From the NCBI RefSeq assembly GCF_006345805.1, contig NC_043006.1, positions 40,796,001-40,860,000 of the forward strand: a DNA stretch of 64,000 nt. Reading direction: 5' to 3'. The position numbers were made by a program, and so were the translations under genes. The DNA is from Octopus sinensis (taxonomy: Eukaryota). The notes under the pieces were generated by a model, which saw only the letters and a list, made by a program, of their open reading frames with translations, had not been told where the DNA came from and did not search any database. Shown piece by piece: positions 26,983 to 41,439 of the stretch; position 1 is the stretch's first letter, and every line of letters begins with the position of its first letter.

Positions 26983-27099
26983 AGAGAGGGAGAGAGAAAG
27001 AGAGAGCAAAAGGGAGAGGAGACACGGACAGATAGAGAGACTCACCGGCAATGGACCGATATTTCGACTATAGTCCGAGCCGACCAATGCCCCGTGAAC

Positions 27100-27349
27100 G
27101 AATTTAGCGAATAGAAATTGTGTGGAAGCCCGTCGTATTTATATGTATATATATATATATCGCTTGACAACTGATGCTGGTATGTTTATATCACCATAAC
27201 TTAGCGGTTCAGCAACAGATACTGATAGAATAAGTAGCAGACTTACAATGGATAGGTCCTGGGATCGATTTCTTCGACTACAACTCTTTAAGGCGGTGCT
27301 CAGGCATGGCCGCAGTCAAATGACTGAAACAAGTAAAAGAATAAAAGTA

Positions 27350-27350
<1 letters not shown>
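27100..27350 (+). mobile_element. SINE A 3' portion
   Basis: gaagcccgtcgt..cgcttgacaactgatgctgg..gcagtcaaatgactgaaacaagtaaaaga. Confidence 0.75.
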
Positions 27351-27383
<33 letters not shown>

Positions 27384-28012
27384 TATATATATATATAATA
27401 AGATACCCACATGCATATATGGGTACAAGGCGTCACCAACAGTAAACAACATGAAGTTCGAAAACAAGTGTGTTCAATTCGCAAACAACGAGGGATACAA
27501 ATGGTAAACAGGACAAGTAACATAAAGAACGACCTTTCGTCAGTTGTCGCCTGTCTATCTACTTTTCATTTCGAGCATTGAGCAACAATATGAGTCTTCG
27601 ATGACAGTTGCTCCCATAAGTACCAAAATAAAATTTGGAATTTATGGAGGGTCAAAGTTGGGAACAAAAACATGACAGTGCAGACATACAAGGAAACCGA
27701 ACGAAAACAATCATGGAGGGTCGTTAGACCAGAACGATGGTAAAATAGCGAACGCTGGAGAAATATTTTCTTTGACATACACACACGTACACACACACAC
27801 ACACACGTACACACACACACGTACACACACACACACGTACACACACACACGTACACACACACACGTACACCCACCCACACGCCCACACACCACACACACG
27901 CACACACACATGAAATTAGTCTATGGACCCCCAGTACTATCTTTGCGAACCACCAGGGGCCTGCGGATCTCAAGTTGGGAACCACTCGTATAAATAGTTC
28001 ACAATTTGTGTG

Positions 28013-28329
28013 AAGGCGACTGGCTTAGTGGTTAGGGCATCCGGCTCACGATCGTAAGGTCGTGAGTTCAATTCACGGCGACGCGTTGTGTCCTTGAGCA
28101 AGACACTTTATTTCCCATTGCTCCAGTCCACTCACCTGGCAAAACTGAGTAGTACCTTTATTTCAAAGGGCCATCCTTGTCACATTCTGTGTCACACTGA
28201 ATCTCCTTCAGAACAACGTTAAGGGTACGCATGTCTGTGGAGTACTCAGCCACTTGCATGTTAATTTCACGAGCAGGCTGTTCCGTTGATCGGATCAACT
28301 GGAACCTTCGTCGTAACCGACAGAGTACC
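28013..28329 (+). mobile_element. SINE family B (H2 + T1), full length
   Basis: tggcttagtggttaggg..gtgagttcaattc..gtgtccttgagcaagacacttta..taaccgacagagtacc. Confidence 0.85.
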
Positions 28330-28462
28330 GGTAGTCCATAATTTGTTCATTTGGCTGTTACATACGTCACGCAGAAAAGGCTCTGTTATCTGTGACCGAG
28401 TCGTAATGAATGGCGGAAGACTTTGATATCTATCACAAAGAAAGTGTAACTGTATTTGTGTA

Positions 28463-28973
28463 CCGTAAATTCTCGAGTATAGTCCGCCCTTGCGTATAAT
28501 ACGCAGGGGATTGTTAAGAGCTGTACCTCTGAAAAACCTAAACCTTGTGTATAATACGCACCCCTTCTCTAACTTGAGTCAAAGAGGTCTATATAACGTC
28601 CTTGGTTTGTAAAAATGTATACGGTAACGTCCTTTATTATTATTGTACATATAACATAATGCAAACGTGTAGCTTTTTTGTACATTTTGTTTCCAGAAAA
28701 TAAAGAAATAACAGCAATAACGTTTAATAAATGTTGCTTACTGCTAGTTATGGATGATTCTTTTATGACTTCATTGCTTTCAAGCTTAGCTTAAGGTATT
28801 TTCGCGCCCGACATCACAAAATGCGTCTGAATAAACATAGCCAGACAGTAAATAGAGACTCGGACATTGCTTAGAAAATAATTTTCATTTTAAACCTCGT
28901 ATATAGTACGCACTAAAGATTTTGACCTTTAAATTTTGAGAAAAAAATGCGGATTATACTCGAGGATTTATGG
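28463..28973. mobile_element. Tc2/pogo-like MITE
   Basis: TA|ccgtaaattctcgagtatagtccgc..gcggattatactcgaggatttatgg|TA (25-bp TIR, TA duplication). Confidence 0.85.
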
Positions 28974-29269
28974 TATTTTAAATTACTGCCGTGATTTTAT
29001 AGCGATATCATTGTTTCAGCTTCAGTAATGGATCTCGAATCGTATTCCTTGTCAAACAAGTATAACCTCCAATCTCGTCTTCTTAAAACTGTCTGTGGTG
29101 TTGTATTTATGTTGGGACATATTATTAAAATCATTGTACAAATCAAAACGGATCAACAAAGACAACGCCAATTGAATCAGCGAAGAGAAAAAAAAAGACA
29201 AGATATAAATAATTACGACGAGAACGATTATATTTCTCAAATTCCTCTGACATGTCAACACGCACACAC

Positions 29270-29990
29270 ATACACGCAACACACAAAACACGACCGCACA
29301 TGTACACACACGCGTACACACTCATACAGATACACACACACACACACACACAAACAACGCGCATACGCAAACAACATGCACACACATCAATGCACCATAC
29401 ATACACACGCAAACACACGTGCGCACACACATACAACCACACGCTCACAACACATATTGTCAAACATTTACCAACACGCATACAACACGTATACACACAC
29501 CTGCATACATACATACATACATAGATACATAGATACATACATACATACATACATACATTCATACGTACACACACACGCATACATACAGGCAACACATAAC
29601 GCACGCACACAACACACACACACACATAAAATACACGTACACATGCGCTCGCACACACACACATAACATACATACACAAACACGCACACACATCAGCACA
29701 CCATACACACGCACGCAAACACACGAGCACACACACGCATACAACACGGATACGCACACATATACAGAAACACGCATACAACATGTATACACACACACAC
29801 GCGTACAACACGTATACACACACACACACACACACACGCATACAAACACGCAACGCACAACACGCGCGCGAAACACACACGCACACACGCGACACATAGC
29901 GCACACTCGCACACGTATACACATAAAACACACATACACACACATGTACACACAAACACGTCATACACACGGAAACACGCACACACACAA
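29270..29990. repeat. Degenerate (CA)n/(CATA)n/(CGCA) tract
   Basis: Direct observation. Confidence 0.9.
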
Positions 29991-30110
29991 TGAAACAGAA
30001 GGCAAAATTTTGTGTAGCACAACTTTATGTATTTTTTACAGTTATTCCGTTTTTCTAATCCTTCCCTTGGAACAGGTCACCGACGAGAAACTCTCAGACA
30101 ATCGGCATCT

Positions 30111-30728
30111 TTATTACCCCCGCCTTAGCGAAGGCGGAGGTATTGTTTTCGGTGGTGTTTGTTTGTTTGTTTATCCGTGGACAAGATCTCTCAAGAACCG
30201 CTGGGTGGATTCGGATGAAACTTTCAGGGTTTGGCCTCGGGACTGGCACGAACTGATAAGATTTTGGGATCGATCCGGTACCGGTCAAGGATTCTGGATT
30301 ATCTTTCCTTTTTTTTTTTTTACTTAATTTTTGAGAGCGGTCGGGTTCATTTTTAGTATTCTCGTTTGTGAGAGCAGTCGAGTTTATTTCAGATATTCTC
30401 ATTTTAAAAATCCTCTCTGGCTAATCGTTGAGAGGGCGTTGGTGTTGCCGTGGCGGAAGTTTGCGCTCTCTGAGTGCTCTTGTTATTACCTCCGCCTTAG
30501 CGAAGGCGGAGGTATTGTTTTCAGTCGTGTTTGTTTGTCCGTGGACAAAATATCTCAAGAACTGCTGGATGGATTCGGATGAAACTTTCGACGGTGTTTA
30601 GCCTCGTAATTAGTACGAACCGATTAGATTTTAGGATCAATACGGTACCGGGCAAGGATTCAAATTTATTTTTCCTGTTTTTTTCTTACTTAATTTCTGA
30701 GAGCGATCGGGTTCATTTTTAGTATTCT
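30111..30728 (+). mobile_element. Two head-to-tail Helentron/DINE-like (HINE) non-autonomous elements
   Basis: Both start ttattacc(c/t)ccgcc ttagcgaa ggcggaggt (hairpin), then a (gttt)n core; copy 2 begins at 30483 immediately after copy 1. Confidence 0.6.
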
Positions 30729-31195
30729 GTCATGAGCTGTCAACTCACTCTTGTCTTTTATTCAAAATAGACACAGTCTTCTAGTCTTAAATTTAGTAGT
30801 TGATAAAGAGACAAATGAATTAGAAATGAATTACGATCCCTTACAACACTATGACCCTACTATGCTCCATGCGATTCTTAGAAGTGTAGTCTATTCTTAG
30901 CTACAATAGAGACAACATGAATTTCTTCCATCTTCTTGGTCAGTTAAAATATTTGAGAAAAATTATATCAATGTGTCCTACTTGTTAAAATTCCACTTAT
31001 TTATTTGTGCAGCTGAAGATGGCACTGCATTTAAATTGATGTAATGATTGCATTCTTTAATTAAATGTAACCGCTTGAAACGGTCGTACTGCATTACTAC
31101 TTGATATCCTGTTGCTTATTTTGATGATATATATATATATATATATAATATATATACACACGCACACACATATATATATCATTACATACCATAAA

Positions 31196-31978
31196 AAGGC
31201 GGTGAGTTGGCAGAACTGTTAGCACGCCGGGCGAAATGCTTAGCGGTATTTCGTCTGCCGTTACGTTGTGAATTCAAATTCTGCCGAGGTCGACTTTGCC
31301 TTTCAGCCTTTCGGGGTCGATAAATTAAGTACCAGTTACGCACTGGGGTCGATGTAATCGGCTTAATTCGTTTGTCTGTCCTTGTTTGTCCCCTCTATGT
31401 TTAACTCCTTGTGGGTAGTAAAGAAATAGGTATTTTGTCAGTCACAACGTTGAGTTGAAATTCCGCTGAGGCCGACTTTGCCTTTCACCCAGTCTTGCTC
31501 GTTGAAATAAGTACCAGTTACGCACTGGGGTTGATGTAATCGACTGAATCCCCACCCTCATAATTTTCACGGCCTTGTGCCTAGAGTAGAAATAATTATT
31601 ACATATAAGTTTTCTTTTCTTTTTTTCTTTTATTTGTTTCAGTCATTTGACTGCGGCCATACTGGAGCACCGCCTTTAGTCGAACAAATCGACCTCAGGA
31701 CTTATTCTTTGTAAGTCTAGTACTTATTCTATCGGTCTCTCTTGCCGAACCGCTATGTGACTGGGACGTAAACACACCACCATCGGTTGTCAAGCGATGT
31801 TGGAGGGACACACAAACACACACACACATACATACATATACGACGGGCTTCTTTCAGTTTCCGTCTACCAAATCCACTCATAAGGCTTTAGTCAGCCAGA
31901 GGCAATAGTAGAAGACACTTGCCCAAGAACCATGTGGTTGTTAAGCAAGCTACTTACCACACAGCCATTCCTGCGCCT
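31196..31978. mobile_element. SINE C dimer (+, 31196-31575) and SINE A (-, 31625-31978, B-box region deleted)
   Basis: Homology to other copies in the window. Confidence 0.85.
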
Positions 31979-32793
31979 ATTTTTATTAAACTAATCATAT
32001 TTTCAATATTAAAAAATTATATTTTATATCAATTAATTGTCGCTGATAAAATTTTGTCATGTATATGAACTCTTCTGTCAGTTATGATGACGATGACAGT
32101 GGTTTGTAATTTCAGCACAAAGAGAGCGATTTTGATGGATGGGGGAGGAGTCAGACCATACCATTATTTCAATATTTAACTGGTACATTATTTTATTGAT
32201 CACAAAACGACGAAAAGCAAAACTGATCTCGGCAGTATTCGATGTCAACTTCGCTTTTCTACCTTCAGAGATCGATAAATAACATACCAGTGAAGTACTA
32301 TATAGGAATGAAAATAAGGAAGGAAGTTTTAGTTTGTCCCACTTCTCTTATATATTCATTTATTTTGTAGCTCTTTCAATATCTTTAGTATATTTTGTTT
32401 TATTTATTTTGCAGACGACTTAGTCTCCTTATCGTCTGCTTCAGTGAAAAATTTATCACAACATTGAAATGTTCTGCTGTGATTATTTCCCAACAGCTGT
32501 CGGTGTTAATGATTAGGGAAACATTATTCTTGAATTACTCTCCTTTAACAACTTAATCTTTTTCAATTCTTTCAGGAAAACTCTAGCCTGTCTCTTTCTA
32601 CTGGCAAATCACACACACACACACACACGCACACACACACACGCACACGCACCCCCCCCACACACACACACACTCACACGTGTCCGTGTATATATGTATG
32701 CATGTTTGTATGTATGTATATGCATGTATGTGTGTACGTGTATGTATAGCAAATATATATGTTTATATGTATATATATGTATATGTGTATATA

Positions 32794-32857
<64 letters not shown>

Positions 32858-33030
32858 ATATATGTATATATGTATGTTATATGTATATGTATGTATATAG
32901 TTCTCTTTACAAGTTAATCTTTTACAACTGGTTCAGGAAAATTGTAACTTGTCTCATGTACCAACAAATCATTATACATACATACACACATACATACATA
33001 CATACATATATATATAATATATATATATAT

Positions 33031-33062
<32 letters not shown>

Positions 33063-33124
33063 TATATATACACAACACACCATATATATAATATATATAT
33101 ATGCATATATACATACATACATGC

Positions 33125-33159
<35 letters not shown>

Positions 33160-33396
33160 CATATGTGTTTATTAGTATATGTATATAAATGTGAGTGTAT
33201 GGATATATTCTACATATATTGTATGTTTCTCTTCGTTATTTATTTGTTCGACGCACGCGCGAACCACTCAAAATTCCAATTAGCGCAGGAATGTTTTGGT
33301 AATTTCTGAGGTGTCAATGTTATTGTGGTATCTCTTTCAGCAAATAAATGCATGTGTTCTACTTGGATTTCAATTTCATTACCCACCTTTCTTTCT

Positions 33397-33530
<134 letters not shown>

Positions 33531-34038
33531 ATCTCTATCTATCACGTCTGTCTTTCTCGCTCTCATTATCTCTATATTGTGTGTGTGCATATGTATGCGT
33601 TTGTTTGTAAATATGTGAGTGTAATAAAAAAGAATTTACGTAAATCAAAAATGACAAAATTAAAGAAAGAAAAATGAAAGAGTACTCGATACAGATGTAA
33701 AGCAAAACACGTGTATTGATACAATCTTGATATAGTCCAGAAAATCGCTATTGTGAGTCTCATATCTAGATTATTTTAGAGTGTCGTCGAAAAATAAAGT
33801 GATGACGGTTCTTTTATGGAGAAAGAGACCGTCATAAATAAGCAATTATATACAAAGGCCACTACTCTGTTTACAGAAGGGAAACAGTCAATGTAGGAAC
33901 TGTCACTTTACATATGGTACCGTGCATACTCTTTTCACTAAATCTTGTGTAACCAGATGAGACAAGCTCAAACATGCTTGTGTGACCAGATCATAAATGC
34001 ACTTCTTTTCTGGGTATATGAGAAGCCCACCTATTGCA

Positions 34039-34228
34039 GTTCTATATTTAAGAGATGAGGAATTATGTGCATTATTTACATTATTTACATTATTTACATT
34101 CAACGGATATTTGTCCTCATCTTGTTTGTTGTTACCACAAACGCCATATGCCCACGGGCATATAGCGTAGTGGTTAAGAGCGCGGGCTACTAACCCCAAG
34201 ATTCCGAGTTCGATTCTAAGCAGTGACC
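34039..34228 (+). mobile_element. Second copy of the 5430-5797 family: inverted tail plus tRNA-like head (34156-34228) ending in (AAT)n
   Basis: gggcatatagcgtagtggttaagagcgcgggctactaaccccaagattccgagttcgattctaagcagtgacc. Confidence 0.7.
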
Positions 34229-34229
34229 T

Positions 34230-34928
<699 letters not shown>

Positions 34929-35690
34929 CCATTGATCATGTGGTCTCCAAGTGCAGTCTTCTAGCGCCTACAGAGTATCTCAACAGGCACGATAGAGCTG
35001 CACAATATATTCACTGGGTAATCTGCAAAAACCTGGATTTGCCCCATGAAAAAAACTGGTGGGAACACAAACCACCCCCAGTGCGTGAAAATGACCACAT
35101 CTCACTCCTCTGGAACTTCACCATTCAAACTGACAGAAAGATAGATGCAAATAGGCCAGACATCATATTGAAAGACTTCAACACAGAACATGCCTCCTCA
35201 TTGATATGACTGTCCCAATCGATATAAACGTATCTGTCAAGACCTACCAAAAACTGAGCAAATATAAAGATCTTAAAATAGAAATCAGCAAAATGTGGAA
35301 CCTGAAGACTAAAATAATACCTGTTGTCATAGGTGCCCTGGGAATGATAGCAAAAGGGGCTGATAGCTACCTAACTCAGATACCAGGAAACCCAAAAATG
35401 GCAGAAATTCAAAAGATAGTGCTCATGGGAACTGCTCATATCCTACGCAAAATACTTTCTATGTAATCTCAAGGTTTAAAACAAACATTTATTTTCTTTT
35501 TTTTTTAGACATCCACCAGTTCAACACAAAAAACAACCAAATATATGGCACACTAGGCATAACAACAATGTGAACTTCCAACCTGTTGTCTCTTGAGGTC
35601 TCTGGGTGAGACTTGGAGCCAACTTGTACAAATATAAGCAAAAGTCAAACATAGAATAATAATTAATAATAGTATAATATAATAATAATA

Positions 35691-35733
<43 letters not shown>

Positions 35734-36697
35734 TTGACAAAGCCCTGACAAAGATGTTGACAAAGCCCTGACCCATCAATGGCTAATGGCCTCTGGCTTA
35801 AAATCTGAAACAGAGGGATTTATCATAGCAGCTCAATATCAATGCCTACCAACAAGAAACTACCAGGCCAACATATTAAAGATCAGAAGCAGTCCAACGT
35901 GTCGTGTATGCCAGCAACAAAATGAAACCATTGACCATGTGGTCTCCAAGTGCAGTCTTCTAGCGCCTACAGAGTATCTCAACAGACACGATAGAGCTGC
36001 ACAATATATTCACTGGGTATCTGCAAAAACCTGGATTTGCCCCATGAAAAAAACGGGGGAACACAAACCACTCCCAGTGCTTGAAAATGACCACATCTCA
36101 CTCCTCTGGAACTTCACCATTCAAACTGACAGAAAGATAGATGCAAATAGGCCAGACATCATATTGAAAGACTTCAAACAAAGAACATGCCTCCTCATTG
36201 ATATGACTGTCCCAATCGATATAAACGTATCTGTCAAGACCTACCAAAAACTGAGCAAATATAAAGATCTTGAAATAGAAATCAGCAAAATGTGGAAGCT
36301 GAAGACTAAAACAATACCTGTTGTCATAGGTGCCCTGGGAATGATAGCAAAAAAGGGGCTATAGCTACCTAACTCAGATACCAGGAAACCCAAAAATGGC
36401 AGAAATTCAAAAGATAGTGCTCATGGGAACTGCTCATATCCTACGCAAAATACTTTCTATGTAATCTCAAGGTTTAAAACAAACATAATTTTCGGTTTAA
36501 AAAAAAAAAAAACTTTCTTTTTTTAGACATTCATTAGTACAACACCAAAAACTCCACCCCCCCCCCCAAATATATGGCACACTAGGCATAACAACAACAT
36601 GAACTTCCAACCTGTTGTCTCTTGAGGTCTCTGGGTGAGACTTGAAGCCAACTTGTACAAATATAAAGCAAAAGTCAAACATAGAATAATAATAATA

Positions 36698-36736
<39 letters not shown>

Positions 36737-37714
36737 TAATAATATAATAATAATAATAATAATGTTGACAAAGCCCTGACAAAGATGTGACAAAGCCCTG
36801 ACCATCAATGGCTAATGGCCTCTGGCTTAAAATCTGAAACAGAGGGATTATCATAGCAGCTCAATATCAATGCCTACCAACAAGAAACTACCAGGCCAAC
36901 ATATTAAAGATCAGAAGCAGTCCAACGTGTCGTGTATGCCAGCAACAAAATGAAACCATTGACCATGTGGTCTCCAAGTGCAGTCTCTAGCGCCTACAGA
37001 GTATCTCAACAGACACGATAGAGCTGCACAATATATTCACTGGGTAATCTGCAAAAACCTGGATTTGCCCCATGAAAAAAACTGGTGGGAACACAAACCA
37101 CTCCCAGTGCTTGAAAATGACCCCATCTCACTCCTCTGGAACTTCACCATTCAAACTGACAGAAAGATAGATGCAAATAGGCCAGACATCATATTGAAAG
37201 ACTTCAAACAAAGAACATGCCTCCTCATTGATATGACTGTCCCAATCGATATAAACGTATCTGTCAAGACCTACCAAAAACTGAGCAAATATAAAGATCT
37301 TGAAAATAGAAATCAGCAAAATGTGGAAGCTGAAGACTAAAACAAACCTGTTTGTCATAGGTGCCCTGGGAATGATAGCAAAAGGGGCTGATAGCTACCT
37401 AACTCAGATACAGGAAACCAAAAAATGGCAGAAATTCAAAAGATAGTGCTCATGGGAACTGCTCATATCCTACGCAAAAATACTTCTATGTAATCTCAAG
37501 GTTTAAAACAAACATAATTTTCGGTTTAAAAAAAAAAAAAAACTTTCTTTTTTTAGACATTCATTAGTACAACACCAAACAAAAACTCCACCACCCCCAA
37601 ATATATGGCACACTAGGCATAACAACAACATGAACTTCCAACCTGTGTCTCTTGAGGGCTCTGGGTGAGACTTGAAGCCAACTTGTACAAATATAAAGAA
37701 AAAGCAAACATAGA
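34929..37714 (+). mobile_element. Three tandem 3' fragments of an R4/Dong-type non-LTR retrotransposon (34929-35657, 35733-36687, 36764-37714), each bounded by (TAA)n
   Basis: CCHC knuckle (CRVC..ETIDHVVSKC) and RLE motifs RHD, NRPDI, KLSKYKDL, PVVIGALG; frameshifts. Confidence 0.9.
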
Positions 37715-37793
37715 TAAAATAATAAGAATAATAATAATAATAAAATAATAATAATAATAATAAAATAATAATAATAATAATAATAAAATAATA

Positions 37794-37827
<34 letters not shown>

Positions 37828-37833
37828 CAATAA

Positions 37834-38386
37834 ATGCCCTGATCAGCACCATGCCCTGATCAATACCAGGCAATCTTAACTGATTGGAAGTGTCATCATG
37901 TACATTGTTTCGTCTTGGTATAAAAGATGGGCTACAGCAAATATTCTGCTCAATACCACAGATTTGCTTGTCAGTTGTTTGACCTTAACCAGTTGACCAT
38001 GTCCCTTAGTGGCTGACGATATGTGCATCTCTGATCACGAGCAGAAGTAGTAGGGGAGCATCATAGCCATATGTTGAGAGGGATTCTTTGGGGTTTGAAT
38101 AATTCACCTCTGGAAACATGGGTGTTTCATTCAACATCCTTAAACAACCCTTATTCAGGGACCGTTTGAGCGGATTGGGCTACTCAACCAGAAGAAAATT
38201 CTAACTGGGCCCCACCTGCAAGGTCATGTGCTGTTTATCTTGATATGAGATCATCATGTCGCGCACATATGGTTGTGATGCATGTGCCTGGTGTACCCTT
38301 ATCAGTAGGGTAGTCATGATGGGTATACTGGGCTTCGTATATTTTATCCCAGTGTCACTTTGATGGCATGCACTGCTCTCTCACTC
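37834..38386 (+). mobile_element. Unclassified non-coding retroposon-like segment between (TAA)n arrays
   Basis: Complex sequence with no ORF; ends ctctctcactc(aat)n; short 5' tandem duplication atgccctgatca. Confidence 0.4.
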
Positions 38387-38402
38387 AATAATAATAATAA
38401 TG

Positions 38403-38467
<65 letters not shown>

Positions 38468-38788
38468 CATATTTTATAGGATTGAGGTAACTCCTCCGGT
38501 AGGTATACAGAAGCAAAAAAAAAAAAAAAGAGTGCCATCGTTATCAAGTGAATGATATTTCGGCATCTATCGTACCTTCCACAGGTTCAAAAAGTAAACT
38601 TGTCAATCTACTTCATTTTTGCTAATATTTTATAGGATTGAGGTAACTCATCCAGTAGGTATATAAAAGCAAAAAAAGTAGGTATATATTATATATAATT
38701 GTATAATTTTATTATATGTAAACCCTGACACTTTGCGACTGTCTTTGTTGTTTCCCCCTTTTTTCACCCCTCTGACGAAAAACATCCC

Positions 38789-38840
<52 letters not shown>

Positions 38841-39076
38841 TATTTATTATATATTTCGGCACCTAGCGTGCCTTCCGCAGGTTCAAAAAATAAACTTGTC
38901 AATCTACTTCATTTTTGGTTATATTTTATAGGAAGGTTTGAGGTAAATCTTTTTTTTTTTTTTTGCTTTTATATACCTACTGGATGAGTTACCTCAATCC
39001 TATAAAATATTAGCAAAAATGAAGTAGATTGACAAGTTTATTTTTTGAACCTGCGGAAGGCATGCTAGGTGCCGAA

Positions 39077-39119
<43 letters not shown>

Positions 39120-39132
39120 TAATAATAATAAT

Positions 39133-41243
39133 ATCACAAAGGCTGAACAAGCACCTGGACGAAAACAAACTGTTCCCAGAAGAGCAGAAAGGATGCCGCA
39201 AAGGCTCATATGGCTGTAAAGATCAACTAATGATTAATAAAGCCATAACTGAAGACAGCCACAGAAAGAAGAAAGGCCTCAGTATGGCCTGGATTGACTA
39301 CAAAAAGGCATTTGATAGCATCCCCCACAATGGATCCTCGAAACACTAGCCATTAACAAAGTAGCACCAACAATCATAAAATTCATAGAGCACTCTATGA
39401 ATAATGGCAAACAGTCCTACACTCCAAACAAAGAGGGACTCATGAAAACCAAAGACATCCCCATTAGAAGAGGAATATTCCAGGGAGACACGCTCTCTCT
39501 CCACTCCTTTTCTGCTTGGCACCGTCACCTCTATCTGATATGCTAAATAGAACTGGATGCGGATATAAATGTTACGGCCAAACGATCAGCCACCTTTTAT
39601 ATATGGATGACCTAAAACTATACGCTGCAAATGACAAACAGCTGGAAACACTATTAAAGACAGTTCATGGATTTACCAAAGAAATAGATATGAAATTTGG
39701 ATTAGAAAAATGCGCCAAAGTAACCATGAAAAGAGGAAAACTAGTTAAGAGTAACAACATCACACTAGATAAAACCAATGAAATAAAAGAATTAGACTAA
39801 AGCCAAACTTACAAATACTTAGGAATCCATGAACTAGATAAGACCAACACACACAACAATGAAAGAGAAAATAAAAAAGAATATTATAGACGAGTTAGAT
39901 CAATACTAAACCAGAGCTCAATGCTAAAAACAAGATATAGGTATCAACACTTTAGCTGTCCCAGTTATAAGTTACAGCTATAATATCCTTAACTGGACAC
40001 GAAATGAACTGACCAAAATAGATAGGAAAACAAGAAAAATAATAAACAGGATCTAGGATGCTCACCCAAAATCTGACATAGAAGACTATATATACAATGT
40101 ATAGAAGTGGTAGAGGCTTATAAACAGCTGAAAGCTACTATAAAATAACCACCATAGGACTGCAAAAATATCTACTCAGAAGGAAGAAAACTGATCCAGA
40201 TAGCGGCAAAACACGAGCAAAACAAAAAAATGTTCTCAGTATTTAAGGAAGCTGACAATACAAACAAGAAATCATACCACCTAATAAAAACAGGAAGAAG
40301 AAGAAGATGAAGAAACAACAAAAGCTATAAAACAAGTGAAATCCAAACTAAAAATAGAACAGCAAACAACCAATCCTAAAAAAACGATGGCAAGAAAAAG
40401 CCCCTTCATGTAATACTGGACTAAACTAACGCAAAAGAAATAGACAAAGAAAAATCCCAGCAATGGTTGAGAAGCTCAGGACTCAAAGCAGAAACAGAGG
40501 ATTTTTAATTGCAGCACAAGACCAAAGCCTCCCCACCAGAAATTGCCAAAAACATGTAATGAAAAGAAATATTACAAGTAACTGCAGAATATGTGGAGAT
40601 GGACAAGAAACAATAAATCATATTATCTCTAGCTGCCCAGTCCTGGCTAAGAAGGAATATATTCACAGACATGACAGAGTTGGAACCTACATACATTGGA
40701 AGCTATGCCAACATTATGGAATAACAACAGAAAAAAGATGGTATAGCACACACCAGAAAAGGTCACAGAAAACGAGAAAGCAACCATACTCTGGGATATG
40801 CCGATACACACAGATAGAGAATTAATGCCAACAGACCAGATATAGTTGTCAGAGATCATGAAGAAAAAAATGCTTTCTAATTGATTTATCAATACCGGCT
40901 GATGACAAACGTGTCTCTAAAGAAATGGAGAAACTCTCAAAATACAAAGACCTGAAATAGAGGTAACTAGACTTTGGAATCTGAAAACAGAAACAATTCC
41001 TATCATAGTAGGTGTGCTTAGGCATGATAAAAAAAAATTCAGACAATACATAACAAAAACACCAGGACTTACAAACACACTATAACATACAGAAAATTGC
41101 ACTACTAGGCCACTGCACACATCCTAGTCCTAGCAAACACTTTCCATACAATAACCATCAGCATCACACAATCACAGCACATACCCAAGGCACACAGAGC
41201 TGCGCTCGGTAGTGAAGTGAAAGCACGCTATAAAATAAAACTA

Positions 41244-41246
<3 letters not shown>
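39133..41246 (+). mobile_element. 5'-truncated R4/Dong-type LINE (second subfamily): RT + CCHC + RLE, frameshifted
   Basis: WIDYKKAFDSIPH, GIFQGD, LYMDDLKLYA, CRICGDGQETINHIISSC, RHD; (AAT)n on both sides. Confidence 0.92.
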
Positions 41247-41274
<28 letters not shown>

Positions 41275-41383
41275 TAATAATAATAATAATAATAAATAGG
41301 ATGTTTTTCGTCAGGGGGGTGAAAAAAGGGGAAACAACAAAGACAGTCGCAAAGTGTCAGGGTTTACATATAATAAATTATCA

Positions 41384-41439
<56 letters not shown>

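Noticed and set aside
29028-29250. Non-repetitive start of a 212-aa ORF
   Set aside because: Runs into a CA microsatellite; no domain or splice support.
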